Source: Sedimentisphaerales bacterium
GTDB taxonomy: Bacteria > Planctomycetota > Phycisphaerae > Sedimentisphaerales > SM23-30
Assembly (NCBI GenBank): GCA_963666285.1
Contig: OY762711.1
Reading direction: 5' to 3' (one strand)
DNA length: 64,000 nt
Every line of letters begins with the position of its first letter. Positions within the stretch are counted from its first letter, which is position 1. The notes beneath the pieces are model-generated. The model saw nothing but the letters and a program-made list of their open reading frames with translations. It was not told the DNA's origin and made no database searches. The translations under genes were made by a program, and so were the position numbers. Positions 49,901-59,168 of this stretch are shown piece after piece.

Positions 49901-52307
49901 TGGTGAAAAGGAAGATTATGATGTGGTCAAGCATGTATATAACAATGCTATCAGCGGTGACTATGATGATATCGTTTCTCTGTTCAACCTGTCGAACGGT
50001 GACGGAGGCGATGAAGTTACCGCCTTCGAAAATCTTAAACTCAAACTTGATGTACCGGACTTTATCGACTACATGCTTGTTAACTACTATATCGGTAACG
50101 GCGACTGGGACCACAAAAACTGGTATGCCAGCCGCAACCATTACGACCCGGATGGCCGTTGGCGCTGGCACACCTGGGACGCCGAGCATATTATGGATGA
50201 CGGCACTTCGCTGGCTCCTTCTGATGTCACTTACAAAAATACATCGATGGCGCCTACCGGCTTGCATAGCAAGTGGATCAAAAACGATGAATATAGAATG
50301 CTGTTTGCCGACAGGGTTTACAAGCACTTCTATCATGACGGTACTATGGCACCCGATAATTTCGTACAGATATTTAACCAGCTGACTGATTCGATTGACC
50401 GTGCTATCGTCTGTGAGTCGGCCCGCTGGGGTGACAACCGTCGCACAACTCCATATACTCGTAATAGTGAATGGCTCACTGAATGCAATCGCCTGAGAAA
50501 TTCTTATATTCCTTCCAGGCGAAATGTCGTCCTTTACCAGTTCCAGTCTTCTTCCAAGAGTCCGGTATGGTACCCTTCTACTGTAGCTCCTGAATTCTAT
50601 ATCGATTCGGTTGCCCAGTATGGCGGCAATACCCCGCTATATGCGAGCCTGACTATGCTGGACACTACCGGTACTATCTATTATACTACCGATGGTACTG
50701 ACCCTCGCCTGCCCGGCGGTGCTGTCAATGTCGCATCTGCCTCTGTTTACAGCTCTGCTATTACTCTGGATCAATCTGTAGAAATAAATGCGCGTGCTTA
50801 TAACGGCGGCGAATGGAGCCCGCTGGCCTCTGCTCTGTTTGATGTCAGTCCTGTTGCTGACAACCTGCGTGTTACCGAGATTATGTATAATCCGGTCGAT
50901 ACAGATACTGAATATATTGAGCTGCAGAATATCAGTTCTACCGAAACAATTAACCTTAATCGTGTCAGCTTTACTAATGGCATAGACTTCGAGTTTGGCG
51001 ATACTATTTTATATCCCGGTCAGTTTGTCGTTATCGTTCAGGATCAGACTGCTTTCGAAGCCAGATATGGTACCGGCCTGAACGTCGCCGGACAGTATAC
51101 CGGTCGTCTCGACAACAATAGCGAAAAGATCGAATTTGCCAGTGCTTCCGGCACTGTCGTCCAGTCCTTCGATTACAAGGACTCCTGGTACACTCTTACC
51201 GACGGCCTTGGGTTCTCGCTCAATATCAGGGACGCTTTCGGAGACCTTACCATCTGGGACGAAAAAGCCGGATGGCGAGCAAGTCTTTATTCTGGCGGCA
51301 CACCAGGAACTGCGGCTGCCCAGGCTCTTGCCGCCGATAGCATTGTCTTTAATGAAATTCTTGCTCATTCCCACTCGACCTATCCGGACTGGATCGAGCT
51401 GAAAAATAATTCCGGGCAGGATATAAATATTGGCGGATGGTTCTTATCTGACCAGTCCGGCAGTGACCCGAATATCATGAAATATCAAATACCTGCTGAT
51501 ACCATTATCGAATCCGGTAAATATGCCTTATTTGTCGGCGATATCTCATTTGATAATTCTCTGGCTGATGGCTGTATCGAACCGTTCGGGCTCAGCGAAG
51601 GTGGCGAAACTGTTTATCTGTTCTCCGGTGATAGCGGCTCTGTTACCGGCTACTATCAGACCCAGCAGAAATTCGATGCCTCGGAAACGGCTGTTACTTT
51701 TGGCCGCTACGAAAAAGCTGAACTGTCGAAAGGGTATGACTTTGTCAGGCTCGCCTCTGCCACTCCGGGCACGGATAACGACTATCCGCTTATCGCTCCT
51801 ATAGTCATTACCGAAATATACTATAACCCGGACGATGGCACAGACTCTGAGTTCGTCGAATTATACAACCGTTCGTCAGAGCCTGTAACTCTTATGACAG
51901 AAATTACCGTCGAGACTTCGCCCGGTGTGTTCACTGTCGAAAGTGTACCTTGGCGATTGGAAGGAACCGGTTTCGAGTTCCCCGAAAATGTTACTATCAA
52001 TCCGTATGAGATTATCATAGTCGCCAAAGAGCCGGACGAATACAGTAAACTCTCCTGCGATGTCTACGGGCCGTACGATGGCAAACTTGACAACGGCGGC
52101 GAGGAACTCGCTATCCAGATTCCGGGCGATAAGGAATATGGCAAAGATCAATACTGGATCCCGGTCGAGATAGTTGATTACGATGATAGCTCTCCATGGC
52201 CGGACAGTGCCGATGGTGACGGCGATTCTATCAACCGCTACGATCCAACCGTATACGGTAGCGACTATACCAACTGGTACGCCGCAACGCCTACCCCAGG
52301 CTATTAA
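46992..52307 (+). CDS. Secreted CotH-kinase family protein with lamin-tail, Fn3-associated, PKD-like and dockerin-like domains
   Basis: Signal peptide; INEFMA/DWIEI, TEIMYNP, NEILAH, TEIYYNP lamin-tail motifs; IYYT.DG..P; CotH core GIRMQG, YLNGMYWGLY..HER, DWDHKNW, WDAE. Confidence 0.88.
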   Translation: MSKKSNTLLCGFSVFFLLLSSFCLADFVAYNDCIRGDGDTTADNVTGYTIYNDYTSNTTGNLIDFATGETTSVTAAFSWNASTGLDTSETSGSADGISQPRPGTPAYDVFGGIVDFSNRLVYYGSSGWWVEIEFSGLKPNSTYSFATTAIRANDYTGRYTLFTISGYTSAVNMSSDDIYYKSGNKTILSAPGNHRDTTGYIVRWDDIQVADQGDGTGSFTVRAEAYDFYKAYPFGGFMLSEVSSNSKPNVSAGDDLVVEYPIEYITLNGSVADDGEGIPQGFLESAWSQVSGPADVEFVTGIDNEDVTVRFPEIGEYTLQLYATDGEFDSYDQVTVTIAEPSCPIGDIGGDCIVEMADMVQLAADWLDDTNAAADLNGDSIVSMIEVSLLAQSWQQNWTGSLQVNISPVDAVNAGARWRVDGGSWLSSGSIVTALPEGSHTIEYAAVTGWVAPDLETVYVTRRQEALLDAVYEVPVQTLAINEFMAVNSNLLDIRPQPETNIYTSVNGEPAYDDWIEIKNMTDDTVSLDGWYLTDNPDNLTKWQFPEGYSITGQGYFTVFASDKDSEKYGYPYIDDDGSLHTNFDLKNSGEYLALVQPDGVTIEQQFSDYPRQRGLVSYGSASDDVDNIGYLTSPTFAAANSAIYDGLVEDTKFSIDRGFYDEPFDLEITCDTVDAQIYYTIDNSEPTETNGTLYTGPITISSTTCLRAAAFKSGLLQSNIDTQTYLFLDDVLTQATGSSGSQVTPTGYPVYWVSRYNGATVAGDYQVDPDITDPDGLYGSVYADGFKDDLQAIPSISLVMPIELLFGSYGIYVDQNQDGTERAGSVEFLDPTGTEKFHTNCGIRMQGGVTDIGGTTLDRWKCYKLSFRLMFRGIFGGQLDYKLFDDSDVDTFNTIVLDSRPQNTWVHSDAVQRTHGEYVRDQVASNTQIAMGGYACHGRPVHVYLNGMYWGLYWMHERPDAAFAASYLGGEKEDYDVVKHVYNNAISGDYDDIVSLFNLSNGDGGDEVTAFENLKLKLDVPDFIDYMLVNYYIGNGDWDHKNWYASRNHYDPDGRWRWHTWDAEHIMDDGTSLAPSDVTYKNTSMAPTGLHSKWIKNDEYRMLFADRVYKHFYHDGTMAPDNFVQIFNQLTDSIDRAIVCESARWGDNRRTTPYTRNSEWLTECNRLRNSYIPSRRNVVLYQFQSSSKSPVWYPSTVAPEFYIDSVAQYGGNTPLYASLTMLDTTGTIYYTTDGTDPRLPGGAVNVASASVYSSAITLDQSVEINARAYNGGEWSPLASALFDVSPVADNLRVTEIMYNPVDTDTEYIELQNISSTETINLNRVSFTNGIDFEFGDTILYPGQFVVIVQDQTAFEARYGTGLNVAGQYTGRLDNNSEKIEFASASGTVVQSFDYKDSWYTLTDGLGFSLNIRDAFGDLTIWDEKAGWRASLYSGGTPGTAAAQALAADSIVFNEILAHSHSTYPDWIELKNNSGQDINIGGWFLSDQSGSDPNIMKYQIPADTIIESGKYALFVGDISFDNSLADGCIEPFGLSEGGETVYLFSGDSGSVTGYYQTQQKFDASETAVTFGRYEKAELSKGYDFVRLASATPGTDNDYPLIAPIVITEIYYNPDDGTDSEFVELYNRSSEPVTLMTEITVETSPGVFTVESVPWRLEGTGFEFPENVTINPYEIIIVAKEPDEYSKLSCDVYGPYDGKLDNGGEELAIQIPGDKEYGKDQYWIPVEIVDYDDSSPWPDSADGDGDSINRYDPTVYGSDYTNWYAATPTPGY

Positions 52308-52383
52308 GCCGTATCCCGCCATTGCCGCGCTCCTGTCAACCTTGAGCTTGTCGAATGGCTGCAAATAATTCAAACTAATAATA

Positions 52384-52417
52384 AAGGGAAGCTGCCCGAC
52401 GCACTTCCCTTTTTTTC
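52384..52417 (+). terminator. Intrinsic terminator
   Basis: AAGGGAAG...CTTCCCTT followed by a T run. Confidence 0.6.
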
Positions 52418-52459
52418 TATACATCTTATCCGTAGTCATGTTTTTTTGATGTCAGTTAT

Positions 52460-52790
52460 TTTTAATTCTAAATTTTTAATTTTGAATTCTTAATTTTAAA
52501 TTAAATCCTCTCGCTTCTAACTCTTCTCCTTTACTACCTTCATGGTCAAATAATATTCTTTGCGATCTTTGCGGCCTCTGCGAGCAAAAAATATTTTCAT
52601 CGCTGCCCGGAACTATTACCATTTTCCAATTAACCCAACATTGCATAAGACTAACAGAGCCACGACCGGGAGGAAGCGGCACTTTCGGCGGCAGCCATTT
52701 AACAAGCTATCCGCAAATCCGCCCACCTCAATTTTTAACTTTTCATTATTCATTTTTCTTTTAGCAAAGCTTATTGCTCCGCGGCATAAG
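52460..52790. repeat. Cluster of short low-complexity 7-mer and 9-mer repeats and REP-like remnants
   Basis: AATTTTT/AATTTTG/AATTCTT units; CTTTGCGAT-CTTTGCGGC-CTCTGCG; TTCATTA-TTCATTT. Confidence 0.6.
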
Positions 52791-52978
52791 TCCTTTTATC
52801 ATGAACGTAACGAGTCACCTTATAATTATTGGTACTTATCCGCAACCGTTGATTTATTATTGTCAGTTGTCAAGTCCTGATTTAAAGTTGTCACTTTCCG
52901 TTTCTATTTACTATTGTTTTTTGATGATATATTCCGTAGTGCAGGGAGCCCGAAGGGCGACCGGAACGGAGGAATATA

Positions 52979-53860
52979 TCACGCCGCCATATGCACTTCC
53001 TCAGGCACACGATATCCCAAAGCAAAATGTGGACGACAGGTATTATACAGTTCTATCGCCTGTTTAACCGCAGCATGAACATGAGCTTTTTTCTTAAACG
53101 TATTCTTCAATCCATACTCGTGCTTCAATATACCGTTTAACCTCTCGGCCTGGGCATTCTCATAACAATGATTATCTTCGGTCATACTAACTCGCAGCCC
53201 ATTTCTTTTAAGCTTATCTATATATCTATGGCAGCAATACTGACTGCCACGATCTGAATGATGTATCGTATTACTACCTTTGGGCAATTGCTTTATCGCC
53301 TTTGTTAATGCACGCAAACAACCTTCTGCTTCCAAACTATCACTACAGTCATAGCCAACTATCTTGCGACTAAATGCATCCATTATCAACGACAGATACA
53401 TAAATCCTTCATCTGTATATATGTACGTTATATCACTTACCAGGGCCTGATTGGCTCCTGTAAGCTCTTCATCTTTCAGTATATTCTTATAAGTCTTAAA
53501 GTTATGACGACTGTCTGTCGTTGTCACACTTCGCTTTTTACGCTCTATCAACATATCTGCTTCTGACATCGTTTCATAAAATCTATCTCGCCCTATACTA
53601 ATACCGGCTTTTGCCAGTTTGGGCTTTATACGCTTCAAAACCTTTCTGCAACCCATCTCAGGCTGCAATGATCTTTCCAGCCTGGCCAAAGATATTATCA
53701 GGTCTTTTTCATAGTGCCGCCTGCGCCGAACTTTATGTGATTTATAATAATTCTGACGACTCATGCCAACAGCTTTGCATAAGGAAGTTATCGCTATTTT
53801 TTCCTCTTTCTTTTCAACGGTTGCCTCGGACGCTTGTTGAACCGTTTGGTATCGACTTTT
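52979..53860 (-). CDS. IS3 transposase OrfB (DDE integrase core), reached by a -1 frameshift
   Basis: VSDITY, HHSDRGSQY, ENAQAER.NG.LK.E; the frame stays open back to the A9G site (KSRYQ...LCKAVGMSRQNYYK); 5' coordinate approximate. Confidence 0.9.
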   Translation of the reverse strand, partial: KSRYQTVQQASEATVEKKEEKIAITSLCKAVGMSRQNYYKSHKVRRRRHYEKDLIISLARLERSLQPEMGCRKVLKRIKPKLAKAGISIGRDRFYETMSEADMLIERKKRSVTTTDSRHNFKTYKNILKDEELTGANQALVSDITYIYTDEGFMYLSLIMDAFSRKIVGYDCSDSLEAEGCLRALTKAIKQLPKGSNTIHHSDRGSQYCCHRYIDKLKRNGLRVSMTEDNHCYENAQAERLNGILKHEYGLKNTFKKKAHVHAAVKQAIELYNTCRPHFALGYRVPEEVHMAA

Positions 53861-54213
53861 TTTTTATACTCCTCGGGATCCAGCCCGTATTCTTTACAAA
53901 TAACCTGAAACCTGGCTTCACTTACAATATTCTCTATATGGCTGTCTGCTAACGCTTCTTTAAGCTGCTTAATCTCTGATTCTAACTTCTTTACATGATC
54001 TTGTTCATCTAGTTTTTCCACGCGTATCACCTTTGGTATCAAATGGTTACGGCCATATTTTCTTAGCCAACTCTTTACTGTTGTTGTACCAGAAATCCCA
54101 TAGCGGGAATTAGCCTCATAAATACTGCTTAGCTTACCAGATTCAAGATCATTTACCACCTGTAATTTAAAGGCTTCGCTGTAGCGATTATAAGTTCGTT
54201 TACTTACCAACAT
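53794..54213 (-). CDS. IS3 transposase OrfA (HTH plus leucine zipper)
   Basis: YSEAFKLQVV...YGIS..T..SW.RKYG; coiled coil; AGGAG RBS. Confidence 0.9.
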   Translation of the reverse strand: MLVSKRTYNRYSEAFKLQVVNDLESGKLSSIYEANSRYGISGTTTVKSWLRKYGRNHLIPKVIRVEKLDEQDHVKKLESEIKQLKEALADSHIENIVSEARFQVICKEYGLDPEEYKKKVDTKRFNKRPRQPLKRKRKK

Positions 54214-54316
54214 TGTTGTCTCCTGTTATTTGTTAAAACATTAAATCTATAATGTGACAACTTATCACAGGACCAGACAACCTCCTTTACACTTTTTATT
54301 TTACCCTTTACACTTT

Positions 54317-54680
54317 GATGCCGCTTCGCGGCATCTGGTCTGCCCAACCTCCAAAAACAGGCCGACACCCTCAAAGTAAATATCCGCCGCTATAGCTCCG
54401 TAGCCTTCCGTGTACCTTCCGTTGTCCTGCCGTGCTATCACGGCGAGTTCTCCGCATACCCGCAATTATACCACAAGAGCTCTTCTCACCGCCGCGCCAA
54501 TCCGCAGGCCCTCCGTAATCCGCCGCGGCCCGCCGCCCGGTCGTTATTAACCGCTGCCCGCCGCCGTTACTGAGAAGAGCTCTTCTTACAGCCGCGTACC
54601 CGCCGCAAGGGTTCCCTTACCCGCCGTCCTTAGCCGCGTATTCTATATATGCCTTTACGCACCCGCCGTTTACCTCCGCT
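54317..54680. repeat. Non-coding CCGY-rich repeat block with palindromes
   Basis: About 29 CCGC/CCGT on the plus strand (manual count); 14-bp inverted repeat 54475-54488/54571-54584; hairpin GATGCCGC-TTC-GCGGCATC. Confidence 0.6.
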
Positions 54681-54968
54681 GCTGATCTTACTGCATGATT
54701 AAGTAATCTCCAATCTATTGACCGGCCTGCATCACATTTGTACATTATGGACTGCCCAGTTTGTTCTTGCCCGCTGCTCACCAATTACTACTCCACTCTC
54801 TATCTCGGCATTTGACCGGTAGTTCGCATTTGACTTACCGACTTAAAACTTTATAGCTAAAAACTTAATTATATGGTATAATTACCCGACTTATTATAAG
54901 GCTATATGTAATTTATGCAGGTGTGTTATTCACCTGCCTTTAATTACTTGTTAATAATGGAGTTAGTA

Positions 54969-55442
54969 ATGGTTAAGCAAATTCAGGGTACCCTTCAGGG
55001 TAGCGATGAAAAGTATGCGATTGTTGTAAGTCGCTTTAACGAGTTTATCACCAGCAGGTTATTAGATGGTGCTATCGACTGCCTCAAACGTCATGGCGTC
55101 AAAGAAGCTAATATTACTTCTGCATGGGTGCCGGGTGCTTTCGAAGTACCTCTGGCCGCTGATAAGCTTGCCCAGACCGGTAAATTCGACGCTGTTATTT
55201 GCCTTGCTACTGTAATTCGTGGCCAGACAAGCCATTACGATCACGTCTGCCAGCAGATCACTCGTGGCGTTGGCGAAGTTGGACTCAAAACTGGTGTTCC
55301 AACTATCTTTGGTGTAATCACTTGTGACAATCTGGAACAGGCCGTTGACCGTGCCGGCACAAAAGACGGCAACAATGGCGCCAAGGCTGCCTTATCTGCA
55401 CTCGAAATGGTGCGTCTGGTAGAAGAGATTGAGAAGTTGTAA
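54969..55442 (+). CDS. ribH: 6,7-dimethyl-8-ribityllumazine synthase
   Basis: [39 protein letters not shown] before ATG 54969. Confidence 0.96.
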   Translation: MVKQIQGTLQGSDEKYAIVVSRFNEFITSRLLDGAIDCLKRHGVKEANITSAWVPGAFEVPLAADKLAQTGKFDAVICLATVIRGQTSHYDHVCQQITRGVGEVGLKTGVPTIFGVITCDNLEQAVDRAGTKDGNNGAKAALSALEMVRLVEEIEKL

Positions 55443-55524
55443 TTGTGTAAATTATTGTCACATAGGTAGATAGAATGTGGTTTGACGCTCCGCCCAATCG
55501 GAGGTCTGTCCGGCAAAACTGTTA

Positions 55525-56016
55525 ATGCGAAAAAACAATATGATAAGTGAAGATGGTCTGGTTCTCAAGGGAACCGAAAAAAGAAGACTTGCCAGGATTC
55601 TGGCTATGCAGTTTATATATCAGCTTGATATACAAAAAGGAAAATGCCTGGAACTGCTTGAAACTTTCCTGGAAGAAAATTGTGAAGGTGATATTCAGGT
55701 CAAACGCTCTACCCGTAAGCTGATCAATGGCACATGGCAGGGGCTCAACGCTGTTGATAACATGATCAAAAAATCTTGTAAGAACTGGGATTTCAATAGG
55801 ATAGATGGCGTTGACAAAAGCAATCTCAGGGTGGCTGCTTACCAGCTCCTGGAATGTACTGATGTGCCTCCCAAAGTCGTTCTCAACGAAGCTATCGATA
55901 TTGCAAAGATTTACAGTAGTGTCCAATCGCCTAGATTCATTAACGGCATACTCGACGCGATCCTGAAAGATATGGGCATCTTTCCCAGCACAGAAAAGCA
56001 AACCAGCGAAGGGTAA
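55525..56016 (+). CDS. nusB: Transcription antitermination factor NusB
   Basis: RRLAR..A.Q..YQ, NW...RI..VD...LR, V.LNEAI.IAK.YS, FINGILD; ribH-nusB synteny. Confidence 0.93.
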   Translation: MRKNNMISEDGLVLKGTEKRRLARILAMQFIYQLDIQKGKCLELLETFLEENCEGDIQVKRSTRKLINGTWQGLNAVDNMIKKSCKNWDFNRIDGVDKSNLRVAAYQLLECTDVPPKVVLNEAIDIAKIYSSVQSPRFINGILDAILKDMGIFPSTEKQTSEG

Positions 56017-56101
56017 GATTGCTGAATCGGCACTGTTGATATTTTAACTGCCTGATTTGCAATCCCTTACGATCATATAAATTACTATACACGAGGTGTA
56101 T

Positions 56102-57034
56102 ATGGCATTTTTTTCAAAAGCATTAGACAAACTGAAAAACGGTCTCAAAAAGAGCCGTGAAAAGATTAGTAATTCGCTCAAAAGCGTTCTTACTTTTGGA
56201 CGCAAAATCGACGAGCAGCTGCTCGAAGAACTCGAAGAACAGCTTATTACCGATGATTTAGGCGTTGAAGCTACTATGAAGATCATCGAAGATCTTCGTA
56301 AAGCTTGGAAAGAAAAGAAGATAGAGTCTGCTGAACATGTTATCCCGTTCCTGAAAGAAGACATTACTTCTTACTGGCCCGAGGAGGACAGGGCTCTTAA
56401 AATCCAGGCTGATGGCCCAACCGTTATCATGGTCACAGGCGTGAACGGCTGTGGCAAGACTACCAGCGTTGGTAAACTCGCCGCTCGGCTAAGCCATGAA
56501 GGCAAAAAAGTTGTACTTGCCGCTTGTGATACCTTCCGTGCCGCAGCGGTCGAACAGCTTACTATATGGTCTGAACGTAGCGGAGTACAGATTGTCAAGC
56601 ATCAGCAAAACAGCGACCCCGCCGCCGTTGCTTACGACGCTTGTGAGGCGACCGTATCACGTGGTGCCGACGTGCTTATCATTGATACCGCCGGTAGATT
56701 GCATACTCAGGATAACCTTATGCGGGAACTCACGAAAATACGTGATGTTATAGCCAAAAAGATACCCGGCGCTCCTCATGAAGTATTGCTCGTTCTCGAT
56801 TCCACTACCGGCCAGAATGCTATCAATCAGGCCAAAATGTTCAATCAGGCCGCTGATCTTACAGGCATAGTTCTTGCCAAACTCGATGGTACTGCCAAAG
56901 GTGGTATCGTAGTTGCTATTAAAGACCAGGTTAATATCCCGGTCAAGTATGTCGGGCTCGGCGAAAAGGTCGATGATATGGAGCCTTTTGATCCGCAAAC
57001 CTTTGTAGAAGCTCTGTTTACAGTTACAGAATAA
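56102..57034 (+). CDS. ftsY: Signal recognition particle receptor FtsY
   Basis: GVNGCGKTT, DTFRAAA, DTAGR, TGQNA, KLDGTAKGG. Confidence 0.96.
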   Translation: MAFFSKALDKLKNGLKKSREKISNSLKSVLTFGRKIDEQLLEELEEQLITDDLGVEATMKIIEDLRKAWKEKKIESAEHVIPFLKEDITSYWPEEDRALKIQADGPTVIMVTGVNGCGKTTSVGKLAARLSHEGKKVVLAACDTFRAAAVEQLTIWSERSGVQIVKHQQNSDPAAVAYDACEATVSRGADVLIIDTAGRLHTQDNLMRELTKIRDVIAKKIPGAPHEVLLVLDSTTGQNAINQAKMFNQAADLTGIVLAKLDGTAKGGIVVAIKDQVNIPVKYVGLGEKVDDMEPFDPQTFVEALFTVTE

Positions 57035-57057
57035 TATCTGTATCTATATTGATTATT

Positions 57058-57089
57058 AAAAAAAGCTCATCAGATGATGAGCTTTTTTT
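57058..57089. terminator. Bidirectional terminator
   Basis: A run-GCTCATC...GATGAGC-T run between ftsY and ppnP. Confidence 0.75.
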
Positions 57090-57127
57090 GTTTTTAATAG
57101 TTTGCTATCTGGTAATAGTCGGTTGTA

Positions 57128-57409
57128 TTACTTATAAAGGCAAAGATATGAAGTGTCACCTTCTGCTTTTACCTGGAATTTCTGATCAGCCTGAACAATA
57201 AAGGTTTCGCCCTGGCCATAGTCTTTCCATTCTGTCTCGCCTGGCAGCAAAGCAGAAAGTTTACCGCTGGTTACTGTCATGTATTCTATTGTCGCTGTGC
57301 CAAACTCGTATTCTCCGGCAGCCATAACTCCAATAGTAGCAGGACATTCTGCAGTTTCAAACGCGATTGACTTTACTTTTCCTTCGAAATATTCATTTGT
57401 CTTGAACAC
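57128..57409 (-). CDS. ppnP: Pyrimidine/purine nucleoside phosphorylase
   Basis: MFKTNEYFEGKVKSIAF...GVM..GEYEFGT...E.M.V..G...YLCLY; GTG start. Confidence 0.9.
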   Translation of the reverse strand: MFKTNEYFEGKVKSIAFETAECPATIGVMAAGEYEFGTATIEYMTVTSGKLSALLPGETEWKDYGQGETFIVQADQKFQVKAEGDTSYLCLYK

Positions 57410-57534
57410 TATATTTATCTCCGTATATGACTTATAGTTAATAAAAAAAGGGCACAGCTTAAACCATGCCCTTAAAATTCTCTAGTTAAAGTTAAAAAAC
57501 TTCTTACTTCTCGCTTCTATCTTCCGGCTTGTTA

Positions 57535-58734
57535 TTATTTGTCATCCAGGATAGTCAGACAGGTAAATTCTCTGCCTTCCAGGAATTCAAGAGATGCGCC
57601 ACCACCAGTTGAGATATGGCTCATTTTTTCGTCCAGTCCCATTATTTCTACAGCAGCCGCACTATCACCTCCGCCGATGATGCTTACTGCACCATTATCA
57701 GTAGCATCGGCAATCGCCTGGGCTACTGCCTTGGTACCGGCATCAAAAGGTTCCATTTCAAATACGCCCATTGGACCGTTCCATACGATCGTCTTAGCGT
57801 CTAAGATTTTTTCTGCAAACAGCTTACGGGTTTCCGGGCCAATGTCCAAACCTTCCCAGCCGTCATCAATACTGCCAGAGCATACTTTGTTTTCAGCATT
57901 TGCCTTGAACTCAGTTGCCGCTATATTGTCTACCGGCAGTACCAGCTCGCAATTGTTAGCTTTTGCCTTTTCCAGCAGTTCCAATGCAAGTTCCATCTTG
58001 TCATCTTCACAGATACTATTACCGATTGACAGGCCTTGTGCTTTGAAGAATGTATAAGCCATACCGCCGCCGATCAGGATGCGGTCAACCTTTGGTATCA
58101 GGTTATCGATAACCTGGATCTTGTCACTTACCTTGGCACCGCCCAGAATTGCAACGAACGGACGTTGTGGATCGCTTAGTGCATCACCCAGGTATTTCAG
58201 CTCTTTTTCGATCAGGTATCCGCATACGCGGTTGCCTGCACCCAGTTCACTTGGCACGCCGTACATACTCGCATGTTCGCGGTGAGCGGTTCCAAATGCG
58301 TCATTTACATAGATATCTGCCAGTGAAGCCAGTGCCTTGGCAAATTCTGGCTCGTTTTTGGTTTCGCCGGCGTGGAAACGTACGTTTTCAAGTACAACAA
58401 CATCGCCTTCTGCCATTGCGTCAACCATAGCCTGTACTTCAGGACCGATACAGTCCGGAGCCAGTTTAACTTCTTTACCTAGTAGCTCACCCAGTCGTTT
58501 GGCGGCTGGAGCTAACGAGTATTTAGGATCAGCTGCACCTTTAGGACGGCCCAAATGGGATGCCAAAATCAGCTTAGCGCCGCCTTCCAGGGCTTTCTTG
58601 ATACTTGGAAGAGCCATTTGGATACGACGATCATTTGTTACTTCACATTTGTCATTCAGAGGCACGTTAAAATCAACACGCATGAATACTTTTTTGCCTT
58701 TTACATCGATATCAGCAATTGTTTTTTTAGCCAT
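57535..58734 (-). CDS. pgk: Phosphoglycerate kinase
   Basis: [53 protein letters not shown]; start at MAKKT. Confidence 0.97.
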   Translation of the reverse strand: MAKKTIADIDVKGKKVFMRVDFNVPLNDKCEVTNDRRIQMALPSIKKALEGGAKLILASHLGRPKGAADPKYSLAPAAKRLGELLGKEVKLAPDCIGPEVQAMVDAMAEGDVVVLENVRFHAGETKNEPEFAKALASLADIYVNDAFGTAHREHASMYGVPSELGAGNRVCGYLIEKELKYLGDALSDPQRPFVAILGGAKVSDKIQVIDNLIPKVDRILIGGGMAYTFFKAQGLSIGNSICEDDKMELALELLEKAKANNCELVLPVDNIAATEFKANAENKVCSGSIDDGWEGLDIGPETRKLFAEKILDAKTIVWNGPMGVFEMEPFDAGTKAVAQAIADATDNGAVSIIGGGDSAAAVEIMGLDEKMSHISTGGGASLEFLEGREFTCLTILDDK

Positions 58735-59168
58735 TTTATATGTTCCTTTCCAAAACTGAAAAGCCAGTCTAAATCTATATATACCCATTATATACTGGTA
58801 TACGGGCATGTCTCTCTGCCCACATTAAACCTGCGTAATTATACTGGTACCCGGCCTAAATAACAAATAAATAATTCGTTCCTTTAGGTACGATTAATGG
58901 TGGCTGATCATATAGCGGCTTGGTGTCCCTTAGTTTTAACTCCTTATAATAAATATCCTTACGTTTACTTTTGGCGATTATTGAAATATAGCCAGTCAAA
59001 AAATCAGGGGAAAAAGCTATAAATTCAGGAATTTCATCTATTATTCATTTTAGGATGAAATCTTATTCATGTAAAATGTCATATCCTTAAGAACATAACC
59101 GTATTATTTACGTAACAATTACTTAACTGATTAAATAATAAACCCCAGTCCCTTTTTAGGAGTACAAA

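Larger units (their letters stand above)
52868..54279 (-). mobile_element. IS3-family insertion sequence (1412 bp)
   Basis: Imperfect terminal IRs TGTCAAGTCCTGATTTAAAGTTGTCAC and TGTCTGGTCCTGTGATAAGTTGTCAC with TG...CA ends; orfA/orfB arrangement; no target duplication seen. Confidence 0.92.

Noticed and set aside
49327..50385. 352-aa alternative-frame ORF inside the CotH gene
   Set aside because: No recognisable motifs; explained by codon bias of the real gene
54475..54586. CRISPR-like repeat pair
   Set aside because: Only two short palindromes, no repeat-spacer periodicity and no cas genes
54690..54968. FMN riboswitch upstream of ribH
   Set aside because: No RFN core motifs; only short direct repeats (GCATTTGAC twice) and a promoter-overlapping palindrome
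55485..55520. GC-rich hairpin between ribH and nusB as a tRNA or ncRNA
   Set aside because: Only a 5-bp stem (CTCCG/CGGAG); no cloverleaf or T-loop
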